A stretch of 48,579 nucleotides of DNA from Candidatus Cloacimonadota bacterium (GTDB lineage: Bacteria > Cloacimonadota > Cloacimonadia > Cloacimonadales > TCS61), in NCBI GenBank assembly GCA_029932755.1, contig JAOZPK010000001.1, forward strand, positions 1 to 48,579, written 5' to 3'. Positions 1 to 9,509 of the stretch are shown here, one piece after another (positions within the stretch are counted from its first letter, which is position 1; every line of letters begins with the position of its first letter). The position numbers and the translations under genes were made by a program. The notes below the pieces were generated by a model that saw nothing but the letters and a program-made list of their open reading frames with translations, had not been told where the DNA came from and did no database searches.

Positions 1-183
1 CTTCCTCTCACCTACTATGACACATAAACTCTCAGATGTGTTTAAATTATTTTGATTTTTTTATTAGTCAATAATTTCACCCTGCTTTTTTAAATTGATT
101 TAATTAAATAACTTATTCTTACATAATAAATATTATTATATAAAAATTTATTTTATTAAACATACGTATCTCAAATAAAAATC

Positions 184-212
184 TTGACAATAGAAACCTG
201 AAATCAAGTAAT
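184..212 (+). promoter_or_regulatory. candidate sigma70-type promoter of the GntR-family gene
   Basis: TTGACA at 184-189 and a weak -10-like AGTAAT at 207-212 (17-nt spacer). The 9-nt direct repeat GAAATCAAG at 200-208 and 239-247 brackets the -10/leader. Confidence 0.3.
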
Positions 213-255
213 TGGTCAGGCCACTTAGAAATAAGGCCGAAATCAAGGGGGTACT

Positions 256-1002
256 ATGTTCAAGCAACTTAAAACAAAGAAGTTCAATGAGCAGATAATA
301 GATCAAATTAAGAAACTGATCGAAGATGGTACTTTAAAAAAGGGTGACAAGTTACCGCCTGAACGTCTTCTCGCTGAACAGTTTGGCAGCAGCAGAGCTT
401 CTATCAGGGAAGCTATGAGCGCCCTGGATATGATGGGTATAATTGAGAGCCGGAGTGGATCTGGTAACTATATAAAGATCAATATAGAAGAATCCGCCAT
501 AGATGAAGCGATGATTGGAGAGCTCCTGACGCATCATAGTTTGTTTGATATTTATGAAGCTAGACAGGAGATCGAACCTTCTCTTGTCTCACTGGCCTCA
601 GTTAGAAAAACAGATAAGGAAGTTTTGGAATTCCAGGAAATTCTTAAAAAATTACTTAATACTTCAAAAAATTTAATAAAAAATCCAGAAAATGTTAATA
701 CTTATATGGAAGAAGATATAAAATTTCATCTTAAAATTGCTGAAATGGCTCATAATCCGATCTTATTTAAATTCTATGCCAGCATTTGTCTACTTCTGAG
801 AGAAGAAACATGGCTGGAATTAAAACGAGCTGATATATTGAAGAATGGAACACAGCAAACCGAGATTGAGCATATTGCCATTGCTGATACGATTATTAGT
901 GGTGATGCAGAACAAGCTAAGAAAAATCTTCATGTTCACCTTGAAAGAATAAGAATAGGTTTACTTTCAAAATTAGAGAATAAGAGTATAAAAGGAATAT
1001 AA
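256..1002 (+). CDS. GntR/FadR-family transcriptional regulator (wHTH + FCD-like ligand domain)
   Basis: AAGGGGG RBS sits just upstream. N-terminal GntR-type wHTH (KLPPERLLAEQFGSSRASIREAMSAL) is followed by an all-helical C-terminal domain. It is the first gene of the co-directional cluster. Confidence 0.9.
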   Translation: MFKQLKTKKFNEQIIDQIKKLIEDGTLKKGDKLPPERLLAEQFGSSRASIREAMSALDMMGIIESRSGSGNYIKINIEESAIDEAMIGELLTHHSLFDIYEARQEIEPSLVSLASVRKTDKEVLEFQEILKKLLNTSKNLIKNPENVNTYMEEDIKFHLKIAEMAHNPILFKFYASICLLLREETWLELKRADILKNGTQQTEIEHIAIADTIISGDAEQAKKNLHVHLERIRIGLLSKLENKSIKGI

Positions 1003-1019
1003 GGGATTAATTAAAAATA

Positions 1020-2345
1020 ATGGAAAATTTGAACACACTTTTTAATGCTGGATCTGTAGCAATAGTTGGAGCCTCGAATAATGTGGGAAAAAAGGGTTAT
1101 GAAATTCTTCAAAATTTAATTCAAGGTGACTATAAGGGTAATATCTACCCCATTAATCCGAAAGAAGCCGAAATACAAGGCTTAACCGCCTACAGATCTT
1201 TAACCTCAATTGGTACAAGGGTAGATTTAATTGTCATTGTTATCCCAAGTAAATTTGTATCTGCTGTACTGGAAGAAGCTGGCCAACTATCCATTCATCA
1301 TGCCGTAATAATAACCGGCGGATTCAGAGAAATAGGATGTGATGACTTGGATGCCGCTATGTTAGCTGTTGCTGAAAAATATAAGATAAACATAGTCGGG
1401 CCCAATTGTCAGGGTGTTAACTATACACCTAATAAGATGTGTGTCTCATGGCCTCTGATCCGGGGAAAAGGACCAATGGCAATTATTGCACAAAGCGGTA
1501 CAGTGGCAGCTCAATTTGGATTAATTGCCGACAAAGACAGTATTGGAGTTTCGGGTCTGGTAAGCTTGGGGAACAAATCTGGTTTAACTGAAATTGAGTT
1601 TTTGGAGTTCTTCGGTACTGATCCCAACACCAAAGCCATAGCCTTGAATCTGGAAGGGATAAAAGAGGGAGCTAAGTTTCTTAAACTTGTAAAAGATATA
1701 CTCCAACAAAAACCTGTTATAATCTTAAAACCGGGAAGAACGGTCAAGGGAATGATCGCTGCCCAATCTCATACAAAATCTATAGCCGGAAGCGATAAGA
1801 TATTTGATGCTGCCTGCCGCCAGATAGGACTTATCCGTGCCGACAGTATTGACGAGCTTTACGATTACACCAAAATATTGGGTTTTTTATCTAAACCAGC
1901 AGGAAACAGAGTACAGATAATAACCAGCTCAGGCGGGAGCGGGATCTTGGCTACTGATATTTTTGAAGAGAACGATGTAGATATGGTTGAGATAAATCCA
2001 GAACTAAAAAGGATCCTTAGTGAAAAATTACCTTCGCATTGTGTTTTATCAAATCCCCTCGATCTAACGGGTGATACAGATGCTGCCAGATATGAAACAT
2101 GTGTTGAAGAAGCTATTAACTTTAATAATTCCGATATGTTCTTATTGATCTTTGGAGATCCTATACCAGGAGCTCATGAAGTAGTTTCCAGATTAAGAAC
2201 AAAAACAGATAAGCCGATAATCGTCTGCTATCTGGGAGGTGGGAAGATCGAAGATGAAGAGACTCAGAAAATGCATCTGGTAGGTATACCGACCTTTCCT
2301 ACTCCAACCAGGGCTGCAAAAGCTTTAGCTATTTTATGTAAATGA
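1020..2345 (+). CDS. acdA: ADP(NDP)-forming acyl-CoA synthetase, alpha subunit (CoA-binding + succinyl-CoA-synthetase-like domains)
   Basis: N-terminal CoA-binding Rossmann segment (VAIVGASNNVGKKGY). Candidate phosphohistidine segment is AAQSHTKSIAGS. The 441-aa size matches alpha subunits of two-subunit archaeal-type enzymes. Confidence 0.8.
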   Translation: MENLNTLFNAGSVAIVGASNNVGKKGYEILQNLIQGDYKGNIYPINPKEAEIQGLTAYRSLTSIGTRVDLIVIVIPSKFVSAVLEEAGQLSIHHAVIITGGFREIGCDDLDAAMLAVAEKYKINIVGPNCQGVNYTPNKMCVSWPLIRGKGPMAIIAQSGTVAAQFGLIADKDSIGVSGLVSLGNKSGLTEIEFLEFFGTDPNTKAIALNLEGIKEGAKFLKLVKDILQQKPVIILKPGRTVKGMIAAQSHTKSIAGSDKIFDAACRQIGLIRADSIDELYDYTKILGFLSKPAGNRVQIITSSGGSGILATDIFEENDVDMVEINPELKRILSEKLPSHCVLSNPLDLTGDTDAARYETCVEEAINFNNSDMFLLIFGDPIPGAHEVVSRLRTKTDKPIIVCYLGGGKIEDEETQKMHLVGIPTFPTPTRAAKALAILCK

Positions 2346-2375
2346 TAATAATAAATAAATAAGGAGATATCTAAA

Positions 2376-4322
2376 ATGAAATGGATCACAAAAGATGAAC
2401 CAGGTTCCATAAAATTAATGATGGGAAATGAGGCAATTGCTCGCGGCGCTATTGAAGCTGGAGTTCAATTGACAGCCTGCTACCCTGGAACACCCAGTTC
2501 GGAGATCGGGGAAGTTCTGGGTGAAGTTGCCAAAGATCTGAATCAATATTTTGAATGGAGCACAAACGAGACAGTAGCCTTTGAAGTAGCAGCCGGGGCA
2601 TCTTTGGCTGGAGCAAGAGCACTGACAGCTATGAAGAATGCTGGATTCAATTTAGTTATGGATAACTTCATGACCCTAACCTACGGCGGGGTCAAGGGAG
2701 GATTTGTGGTTGTTGTTGCTGATGATCCCGGTGCACACTACTCCTCCAATGAACAGGATACCAGAATTGAAGCAGTTGCTGCCGAGTTATTGATCTTCGA
2801 ACCTCAAGATCAGAATCAGGCTCGTTTAATGACAAAAGAAGCTTTTGATATTTCAGAAAAACTTGAACTGCCTGTCTTCTTACGTTCCGTAACCAGATTA
2901 TCACACGCTAGCGGAAATGTCGAGTTTGGTAAGATCTCTCAAAAAAGAAACACGATCGGTTTTAATAAACACTGGAAAATACCCTACCGCTGGGATGTTT
3001 ACGGACCTCCCGGACCTCAAAGTAAACGCGAATGGCTGCATTCACGATTACCCATGATGGCTGAATATGTAGAAAATTCCGAATTTAATAAGCTAACGAT
3101 CTGTGATTCTAAGATAGGAATAGTAACTGTCGGAATAGCTGCAACATATGTTAAGGAAGCATTAGCAGAACTTAATCTAGTGGATAAGATCCATCTATTG
3201 GATCTGGGGATTGTCAATCCACTTCCAAAAGCAAAAGTAGCTGAATTATTGAATAATTCTGATCATCTTATTGTAGTTGAAGAGGGTGATCCGGTGGTGG
3301 AGAACGCTGTTCGTTTGTTGGCTAAAGAATTAAAACCGGAGATAATTATACAGGGTAAACTTTTTGACAACAGGGTTTTCCCGACCGAAGGAGAGATGGA
3401 TCCGGACAATGTAAGAATAGGAATTTCAAATGCCTTAAACCTGGTAATTAATAAAGATCTAAAAAGAGAGGAATTGAAAGCAGCTATTAAAAAGATCATA
3501 ACAACACGTTCTTCCACTCTTTGTCCCGGTTGTCCGCATCTTGGAAGTTACTGGGCCATGCGTAAGATCTTGGAAAAATACGAGGGTAATTCTATCGTTA
3601 ATGGAGATATTGGGTGCTATGAACAGGGTGGATACGGTCTAGCTACCAACACCTTTGAAATTACAGATGAAGATAACAAAAATTTCAAAATAAATTCACC
3701 TTATGAGATCCTCGACACTATCTATGTTATGGGCTCAGGGATCGGTATGGCACAGGGACAATATCAGGTGGGACATAAGGGAAAGATCCTGGCTGTAGCA
3801 GGGGACTCAACATTTTTCCATACTTGTCTGCCGACGCTGGCAAATGCTGTTTATAATGAAGCTGATATCACCTTTGTGGTTTTTGATAATACCTGGACCT
3901 GTATGACAGGCCACCAGCCGAATCCAGTAACGGGTATCAAGGGGAATGGTGATGTGGCAACAATAATTTCGATCGAAAAAGTATCGGAAGCATTGGGAAT
4001 CCACTCTGTAAGTGTAGCTGATGCCTATGATATCGAAGGAGCAAAGAAAGTTTTAAAAGCAGGATTAGACTATAATGGACCTGCTGTAGTTATTTTACGT
4101 CGTGAATGCGCACTTCAGGTTCTACGTCGCAAGGAGTTTCCACCTTTCGAATTTGAAATTCTACAAGATAAGTGCATCGGATGCAAAGCCTGCGTAGAAC
4201 TGGGCTGTCCAGCCATAACATTTGCCAACGGCAAAGCCGATATCGATAGAGCGCTTTGTGTAGACTGCAGTCTCTGCGCCCAGGTTTGTCCAGTAGATGC
4301 AATAATTTGTAGGAGTGTGTAA
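2376..4322 (+). CDS. iorA: indolepyruvate:ferredoxin oxidoreductase alpha subunit (TPP + 2x[4Fe-4S])
   Basis: AAGGAG RBS. TPP-binding GDSTFFH...FDN segment. C-terminal CIGCKACVELGCP and CVDCSLCAQVCP ferredoxin motifs. 648-aa size is typical of IorA. Confidence 0.88.
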   Translation: MKWITKDEPGSIKLMMGNEAIARGAIEAGVQLTACYPGTPSSEIGEVLGEVAKDLNQYFEWSTNETVAFEVAAGASLAGARALTAMKNAGFNLVMDNFMTLTYGGVKGGFVVVVADDPGAHYSSNEQDTRIEAVAAELLIFEPQDQNQARLMTKEAFDISEKLELPVFLRSVTRLSHASGNVEFGKISQKRNTIGFNKHWKIPYRWDVYGPPGPQSKREWLHSRLPMMAEYVENSEFNKLTICDSKIGIVTVGIAATYVKEALAELNLVDKIHLLDLGIVNPLPKAKVAELLNNSDHLIVVEEGDPVVENAVRLLAKELKPEIIIQGKLFDNRVFPTEGEMDPDNVRIGISNALNLVINKDLKREELKAAIKKIITTRSSTLCPGCPHLGSYWAMRKILEKYEGNSIVNGDIGCYEQGGYGLATNTFEITDEDNKNFKINSPYEILDTIYVMGSGIGMAQGQYQVGHKGKILAVAGDSTFFHTCLPTLANAVYNEADITFVVFDNTWTCMTGHQPNPVTGIKGNGDVATIISIEKVSEALGIHSVSVADAYDIEGAKKVLKAGLDYNGPAVVILRRECALQVLRRKEFPPFEFEILQDKCIGCKACVELGCPAITFANGKADIDRALCVDCSLCAQVCPVDAIICRSV

Positions 4323-4323
4323 A

Positions 4324-4917
4324 ATGAAATTTAATCTAATTATATGCGGTGTTGGCGGTCAGGGTAGTATCCTCTCATCAAAGATCATTGCTGATGCAGC
4401 GATTAAAAAAGGATATGAAGTAAGAGTTGGAGAGACTTTTGGTGCAGCTATGCGTGGTGGTTCCGTATCATCACATGTAAAGATCGGTGATATTCATTCC
4501 CCTCTGGTTGCTCATAATAGCGCTGATGTGATACTTTCAATGGAACCGCTGGAAAGTTTAAGGGTCAGTGTAGATTATCTTGCTCCTCAAGGGATTGTCA
4601 TATCAGATATCCGACCTTGGTACCCGGTCGATACTAATGCCGGAGGAGCACCTTATCCTTCCAATGATGAGATCATAGCTGAATTAAAAAAATTGGGTAA
4701 AGAAGTCCATTTCCTGGACGCTGCAGCCTTAGCAAAAAAAGCGGGACATCCAAGGACAACAAACATTGTTTTGATCGGTGCCTTAGCTGCCCTGGGTAAA
4801 TTACCAATAGAAAGCAAATATCTAATAGAAGCTATTAAGGAACGAGTTCCCCAAAAAACTATTGATGTCAATATCAAAGCTTTCGAGTTGGGATTCGATT
4901 CTATCAAAAAGAGTTAA
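4324..4917 (+). CDS. iorB: indolepyruvate:ferredoxin oxidoreductase beta subunit
   Basis: N-terminus MKFNLIICGVGGQG is typical of the POR-gamma/IorB fold. The ATG at 4324 lies ~8 nt after AGGAG (4311-4315), so it is preferred over the GTG at 4315 in the ORF track. It directly follows the iorA stop at 4322. Confidence 0.85.
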   Translation: MKFNLIICGVGGQGSILSSKIIADAAIKKGYEVRVGETFGAAMRGGSVSSHVKIGDIHSPLVAHNSADVILSMEPLESLRVSVDYLAPQGIVISDIRPWYPVDTNAGGAPYPSNDEIIAELKKLGKEVHFLDAAALAKKAGHPRTTNIVLIGALAALGKLPIESKYLIEAIKERVPQKTIDVNIKAFELGFDSIKKS

Positions 4918-4929
4918 CAGGCCTTAATT

Positions 4930-5628
4930 ATGAAAATGGAAAAAGTGAGATCAATTCTCTACAAAGCAAAAGAGGAGAAACGCTGGTTACTTGAACCGGA
5001 AGCTATGGAGATCCTCAAAACTTATGAAATTTCTGTGCCGGAGCATCGATTTATCAATGATATTAAGGAAGCTGTGAAAAGTGCTGAATCGATTGGATAT
5101 CCTGTCGTATTAAAAATAGTCTCACCTGCTATTCTGCATAAATCTGATGCGGATTGCGTAAAACTAAACCTGACAAATGGTGAAGAGGTTAGAAATGCCT
5201 ATCAGGAGATATTGACAAATGCAGAAAAATTCGATCCGAAAGCTGAGATCAGGGGAATAATCATCTACCCCATGGTCAAAGCAGGTTTAGAGACCATTAT
5301 TGGCATAACTGAAGATGCTCAATTCGGTCCTGCTGCCATGTTCGGTTTGGGTGGAGTTTTTGTAGAAGTATTGAAAGATGTAGCTTTTCGTATCCTTCCT
5401 TTAACTCTGGATGATGCCTTGGCAATGATAAAAGAAATCAAAGGCTACCAATTACTGTGTGGAATCAGAGGTGAGAAAACCAAAGATATAATCTCACTGG
5501 CTGAAACAATTGTTAAGGTCTCAAAGTTATGCACCGATTTCCCGGAGATCAAAGAGATAGATCTAAATCCGACCTATGTATATGAGCAGTGCGTTACTGT
5601 CGTAGATGCTAGGATCAGGGTCGGTTAA
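4930..5628 (+). CDS. acdB: ADP(NDP)-forming acyl-CoA synthetase, beta subunit (ATP-grasp)
   Basis: 232-aa ATP-grasp-type protein (GYPVVLKIVSPAILHKSDADCVKLN; C-terminal IDLNP). Its size and architecture match beta subunits of two-subunit acetyl/aryl-CoA synthetases. Confidence 0.8.
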   Translation: MKMEKVRSILYKAKEEKRWLLEPEAMEILKTYEISVPEHRFINDIKEAVKSAESIGYPVVLKIVSPAILHKSDADCVKLNLTNGEEVRNAYQEILTNAEKFDPKAEIRGIIIYPMVKAGLETIIGITEDAQFGPAAMFGLGGVFVEVLKDVAFRILPLTLDDALAMIKEIKGYQLLCGIRGEKTKDIISLAETIVKVSKLCTDFPEIKEIDLNPTYVYEQCVTVVDARIRVG

Positions 5629-5668
5629 TTAATTTATTATAAAATTTAATATAGAGATGGAGGAGTAA

Positions 5669-7735
5669 ATGAAATTGAGAATTGGAGTTGATATCGGCGG
5701 TACGTTTACAGACTGTGTAGTTATCAACGAACAGGGTATTATTCACACTTTCAAAGAATTATCTACACCCAGCGATCAATCGATAGGGCTCTATAATGTG
5801 ATCAAAAAGGCAGCCGAATTTTTTGACCTTTCTCTACATGATTTTCTTGGTTGCGCCGAGATATTTGCTCATGGAACCACGGTGGCGACCAATACATTGC
5901 TGACCAGAACGGGAGCAAAAACCGGTTTGATCTTAACCAAGGGCTTCAGAGATACACTGGATATGAGAAGGGCTCATAAAAACAACATCTGGGATCTTCA
6001 CCTGGAATTTGCACCTACACTGGTTGATCGTTACTTGAGACTTGGAGTAACAGAAAGACTGGATTATAAAGGAGATATCGTAACTCCTCTAAATGAAGAA
6101 GATGTAAGGAAAATTTGTAAAAAATTCCAAAAAGAAGAAGTGGAAGCGGTAGCTATTTGTACACTGTTTTCATTTTTAAATAATGTTCATGAAGATCGCA
6201 TCATGGAGATCGTGAAGGAAGAGATGCCGGAGGCATTTGTCTCTAAATCTTCTGAAGTTCTACCTCAGATCCGCGAATATGAGAGAAGTTCTACTATTGT
6301 AGCCAATGTTTATGTCGGTCCAAAATTAACTGTTTATCTTTCTAATTTGGAGCACAAACTAAAGCAGGACGGATTAGAAAAAGCATTTTATGTAACCGCT
6401 TCAAATGGTGGCATGATGACCTGTGATACTGCTATCAAGCATGCTTCCGCTACTTTACTTTCCGGTCCCGCTGCCGGGTCTATTGGAGCTATCTTTTTCT
6501 CCAAACTTTTAGGAGAGGAAGATATTATCCTGATGGATATGGGAGGGACATCGTTTGATGTATCTCTGATCAATAAAGGTGAGATCACCCTGAGCACAGA
6601 AGGAGAAGTTGCTGGTTATCGCATTGCCAAACCAATGATTGATATCCATACAGTTGGTGCCGGAGGGGGTTCAGTTGCCTGGCTGGATGCCGGAGGGATG
6701 TTGCGGGTCGGTCCCGAATCGGCCTATTCCGATCCTGGTCCGATCTGTTACGATATTGGTGGTGAAAAACCTGCGGTGACCGATGCAAATCTTTTGCTGG
6801 GATATCTGAATAAAGATTATTTCTTGGGTGGAGAAATGCAGGTAAATTATCAGAAAGCTTATGACGGTACTAAGACAATAATTGCTGATTCGATGAATAT
6901 GAGTGTGGAAGATGCCTGTCTAGGTATATTCCAGATCGTTAATCAGAACATGGCAGATGCCACCAAAGTTGTCTCAGTTCAGCGTGGTCATGATCCTCGC
7001 GAATTCACCATGGTGAGTGCCGGTGGTGCCTGTTCAATTCACGCCTGTAAAATTGCTGAGGAAATCGGTTCTCAGAAAATTATCGTGCCTAAAGCTGCTT
7101 CGGTATTTTGTGCCTTAGGCATGCTGGAATCTGATATCAAATTAGATAATGTCCGTAGCTTTAACGGGAATATTCCCGGGCTTGATATTGAAATATTCAA
7201 CGCTAAGATCACCAGGACCGAAGAAGAGGCAATGGGTGAACTACTGGAAGAGGGTGTAGAGAAAAAACGTTCATCATTATTACGTTATTTGGATGTCCGT
7301 TATGTAGGGCAACATCATGAAGTGACCGTTGCTATTCCTAACAATTGTGTGATAAAGAAAGAGCATCTTAAGATAATTGCCGAAACATTCCATAGAGCTC
7401 ATGAAAAACTTTATACCTACTCAACACCTGAAACTCCTATAGAGATAATCAACCTCAGAATAACCGCTGTGGGTCATGTTGATAAAACAGGGCTTTATGA
7501 AAAACCGATTGAGAAAATGGACTTAAGCTCAGCTCTTAAGAATAAACGTAAGATCCGTTTTGAAGAATATGAGAAGGCAATAGATACACCCGTTTATGAT
7601 CGTGATAAAATTAAACCGGGTACGAAAATCGAAGGTCCTGCTGTAATTGAAGAACGAATTACCACAATAATAGTACATCCTAAATGGAATGCCTATGTAG
7701 ATGGTTATGAGAATGTGATCATGGAGGTAAAATAA
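5669..7735 (+). CDS. hyuA: hydantoinase/oxoprolinase family protein, A subunit (ATP-dependent cyclic amide hydrolase/carboxylase family)
   Basis: GGAGG RBS. The N-terminal RIGVDIGGTFTDCVV and central MDMGGTSFDVSLI motifs are ASKHA-type ATPase motifs typical of HyuA/N-methylhydantoinase A/acetone carboxylase beta. Confidence 0.88.
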   Translation: MKLRIGVDIGGTFTDCVVINEQGIIHTFKELSTPSDQSIGLYNVIKKAAEFFDLSLHDFLGCAEIFAHGTTVATNTLLTRTGAKTGLILTKGFRDTLDMRRAHKNNIWDLHLEFAPTLVDRYLRLGVTERLDYKGDIVTPLNEEDVRKICKKFQKEEVEAVAICTLFSFLNNVHEDRIMEIVKEEMPEAFVSKSSEVLPQIREYERSSTIVANVYVGPKLTVYLSNLEHKLKQDGLEKAFYVTASNGGMMTCDTAIKHASATLLSGPAAGSIGAIFFSKLLGEEDIILMDMGGTSFDVSLINKGEITLSTEGEVAGYRIAKPMIDIHTVGAGGGSVAWLDAGGMLRVGPESAYSDPGPICYDIGGEKPAVTDANLLLGYLNKDYFLGGEMQVNYQKAYDGTKTIIADSMNMSVEDACLGIFQIVNQNMADATKVVSVQRGHDPREFTMVSAGGACSIHACKIAEEIGSQKIIVPKAASVFCALGMLESDIKLDNVRSFNGNIPGLDIEIFNAKITRTEEEAMGELLEEGVEKKRSSLLRYLDVRYVGQHHEVTVAIPNNCVIKKEHLKIIAETFHRAHEKLYTYSTPETPIEIINLRITAVGHVDKTGLYEKPIEKMDLSSALKNKRKIRFEEYEKAIDTPVYDRDKIKPGTKIEGPAVIEERITTIIVHPKWNAYVDGYENVIMEVK

Positions 7736-9501
7736 TGGCTGTGGCAAGAAAGAGAACTAAAGAATTTGAAGGTGCTAAAGATCCGATCACCTTTGCTGTT
7801 ATTTACAACCGTTTACTCACGATCAATCGTGAAATGGGTATTACCATGATAAATACTTCGATCTCACCCATCTTTGCTGAAGTCCATGATTTTTCATGTG
7901 CGATCTGTGACTGGGAGAACAGGATAGTGGCGCAAGTTGACGGAGTTCCTTCCCATACAGCCTCTGCAATGGAGGCAGTAAAGGCTGTCAGCCGTGTGTT
8001 TGGAGCCGACATTCATCCGGGAGATGTTTTTGTAATGAATGACCCCTATCTGGGTGGTACACATCTTCCTGATGTAACGATCATGAAGCCCATCTTTTAT
8101 GAAGGGGAAATGCAGTTTGTCTCAATTAATCGAGCCCATCATGGTGATGTTGGTGGGATGGAACCTGGTTCATATTGTCCTGAAGCAACCGAACTTTTCC
8201 ACGAAGGAATACGAATTCCTCCTCTCAGACTATTCAGGGATAACAAACCCATTGAAGATGTTGCCGAGATGATCAAGATCAATACCCGGATGCCGGATGA
8301 TCTATGGGTCGATATCAAAGCTCAGGTTGCATCATGCCGGGTGGGAGAAAAACGTATTCTGGAATTATTAGAAAAATATGGTGTAAAAAAAGTGCGGGAA
8401 TCGATCGAGGATATTCATCTCTACGCAGAGTCACGCATGCGCCGGGAAATTGAAAAATTACCCGATGGCGATTATTTCGGTGAGAGTTTTCTGGATAATG
8501 ATGGATTCACGGAAGATCCGATCAAAATAGCTGTAAAAATAACCATTAAGGGTGATAATGCGATAGTTGATCTTGCCGGCTCAGATCCCCAGGTTACGGG
8601 ATTCGTAAACTCACCTATCGCTAATACTGCTACTTGTGTTTATGTAGCATTTCTGACCACAGTAACTACTCCCGATATTCCACATAACGAAGGAGTTTAT
8701 CGACCGATCAAAATAGAGGCGCCGGAAGGAAGTATTGTTAATCCTCTCTTCCCTGCTCCAGTTGCATCCTGTACACTTGATACTGCCTGTGCAATTCTGG
8801 AAGCATGCTGGCAGGCTTTAAGTGAGATCATCCCGGACAGGGTTCCGGCAGGCTGGAATCGATGGAACGGACCGACCATAACAGGCATCGATCCGCGACG
8901 GGAAAATTTCTATGTCATGTTTGGCTTCAACGGATTCGGTGGGGCAGGCGGTATGAATGGCATGGACGGTCGTCATTATATCGGAGACGGAATCGATCTG
9001 GGAGGATTGATCGCTCCCAATATTGAAACTAATGAAGTTGATTATCCCCATATAACCGAATTTAATGAATATACTCAAGATTCTTGTGGAGCAGGTAAAT
9101 TCAGAGGCGGCTGTGGAGCAAGATACAGAGTGAAGCTTTATGATAAATCTCCAACTCTGGTCAATTTTGGTGATGGTAAAATCTTTCCACCATATGGTCT
9201 TTTCGGTGGAAAAACTGGATCCTGTAATTATGCTTTAATCAATGAGGGAAAGGAAAACCAAAGAGAATTGAAAGCTAAAGAATCAGTGAAATTGAAACAG
9301 TATGATACTTTTACATCATATCCATCCGGCGGCGGCGGCTGGGGGAATCCCATGGACCGCGATCCGGAATTGGTCCGTAATGATGCCCGGGATGAACTCA
9401 TCTCTCTGAGTAGTGCCCGTGAAGAATATGGAGTGGTTATAGATGGAGATGATTATGAGATCAATTGGTCTGAAACAAATAAATTAAGAAATAAGTATTA
9501 G
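7735..9501 (+). CDS. hyuB: hydantoinase B/oxoprolinase family protein
   Basis: The ATG overlaps the hyuA stop by 1 nt (TAATG). It starts with DPITFAVIYNRL and contains a NDPYLGGTHLPD segment, both characteristic of Hydantoinase_B. 588 aa. Confidence 0.88.
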   Translation: MAVARKRTKEFEGAKDPITFAVIYNRLLTINREMGITMINTSISPIFAEVHDFSCAICDWENRIVAQVDGVPSHTASAMEAVKAVSRVFGADIHPGDVFVMNDPYLGGTHLPDVTIMKPIFYEGEMQFVSINRAHHGDVGGMEPGSYCPEATELFHEGIRIPPLRLFRDNKPIEDVAEMIKINTRMPDDLWVDIKAQVASCRVGEKRILELLEKYGVKKVRESIEDIHLYAESRMRREIEKLPDGDYFGESFLDNDGFTEDPIKIAVKITIKGDNAIVDLAGSDPQVTGFVNSPIANTATCVYVAFLTTVTTPDIPHNEGVYRPIKIEAPEGSIVNPLFPAPVASCTLDTACAILEACWQALSEIIPDRVPAGWNRWNGPTITGIDPRRENFYVMFGFNGFGGAGGMNGMDGRHYIGDGIDLGGLIAPNIETNEVDYPHITEFNEYTQDSCGAGKFRGGCGARYRVKLYDKSPTLVNFGDGKIFPPYGLFGGKTGSCNYALINEGKENQRELKAKESVKLKQYDTFTSYPSGGGGWGNPMDRDPELVRNDARDELISLSSAREEYGVVIDGDDYEINWSETNKLRNKY

Positions 9502-9509
9502 GAGAAATC

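Noticed and set aside
4315-4323. Upstream alternative starts given by the ORF track: GTG 4315 for iorB, ATG 23479 for PreA-like paralog 2, and ATG 44734 for tag.
   Set aside because: All three overlap the preceding gene and lack an RBS. Internal ATGs at 4324, 23578 and 44770 sit 7-9 nt downstream of AGGAG/GGAGG-type sites and give N-termini matching the respective families.
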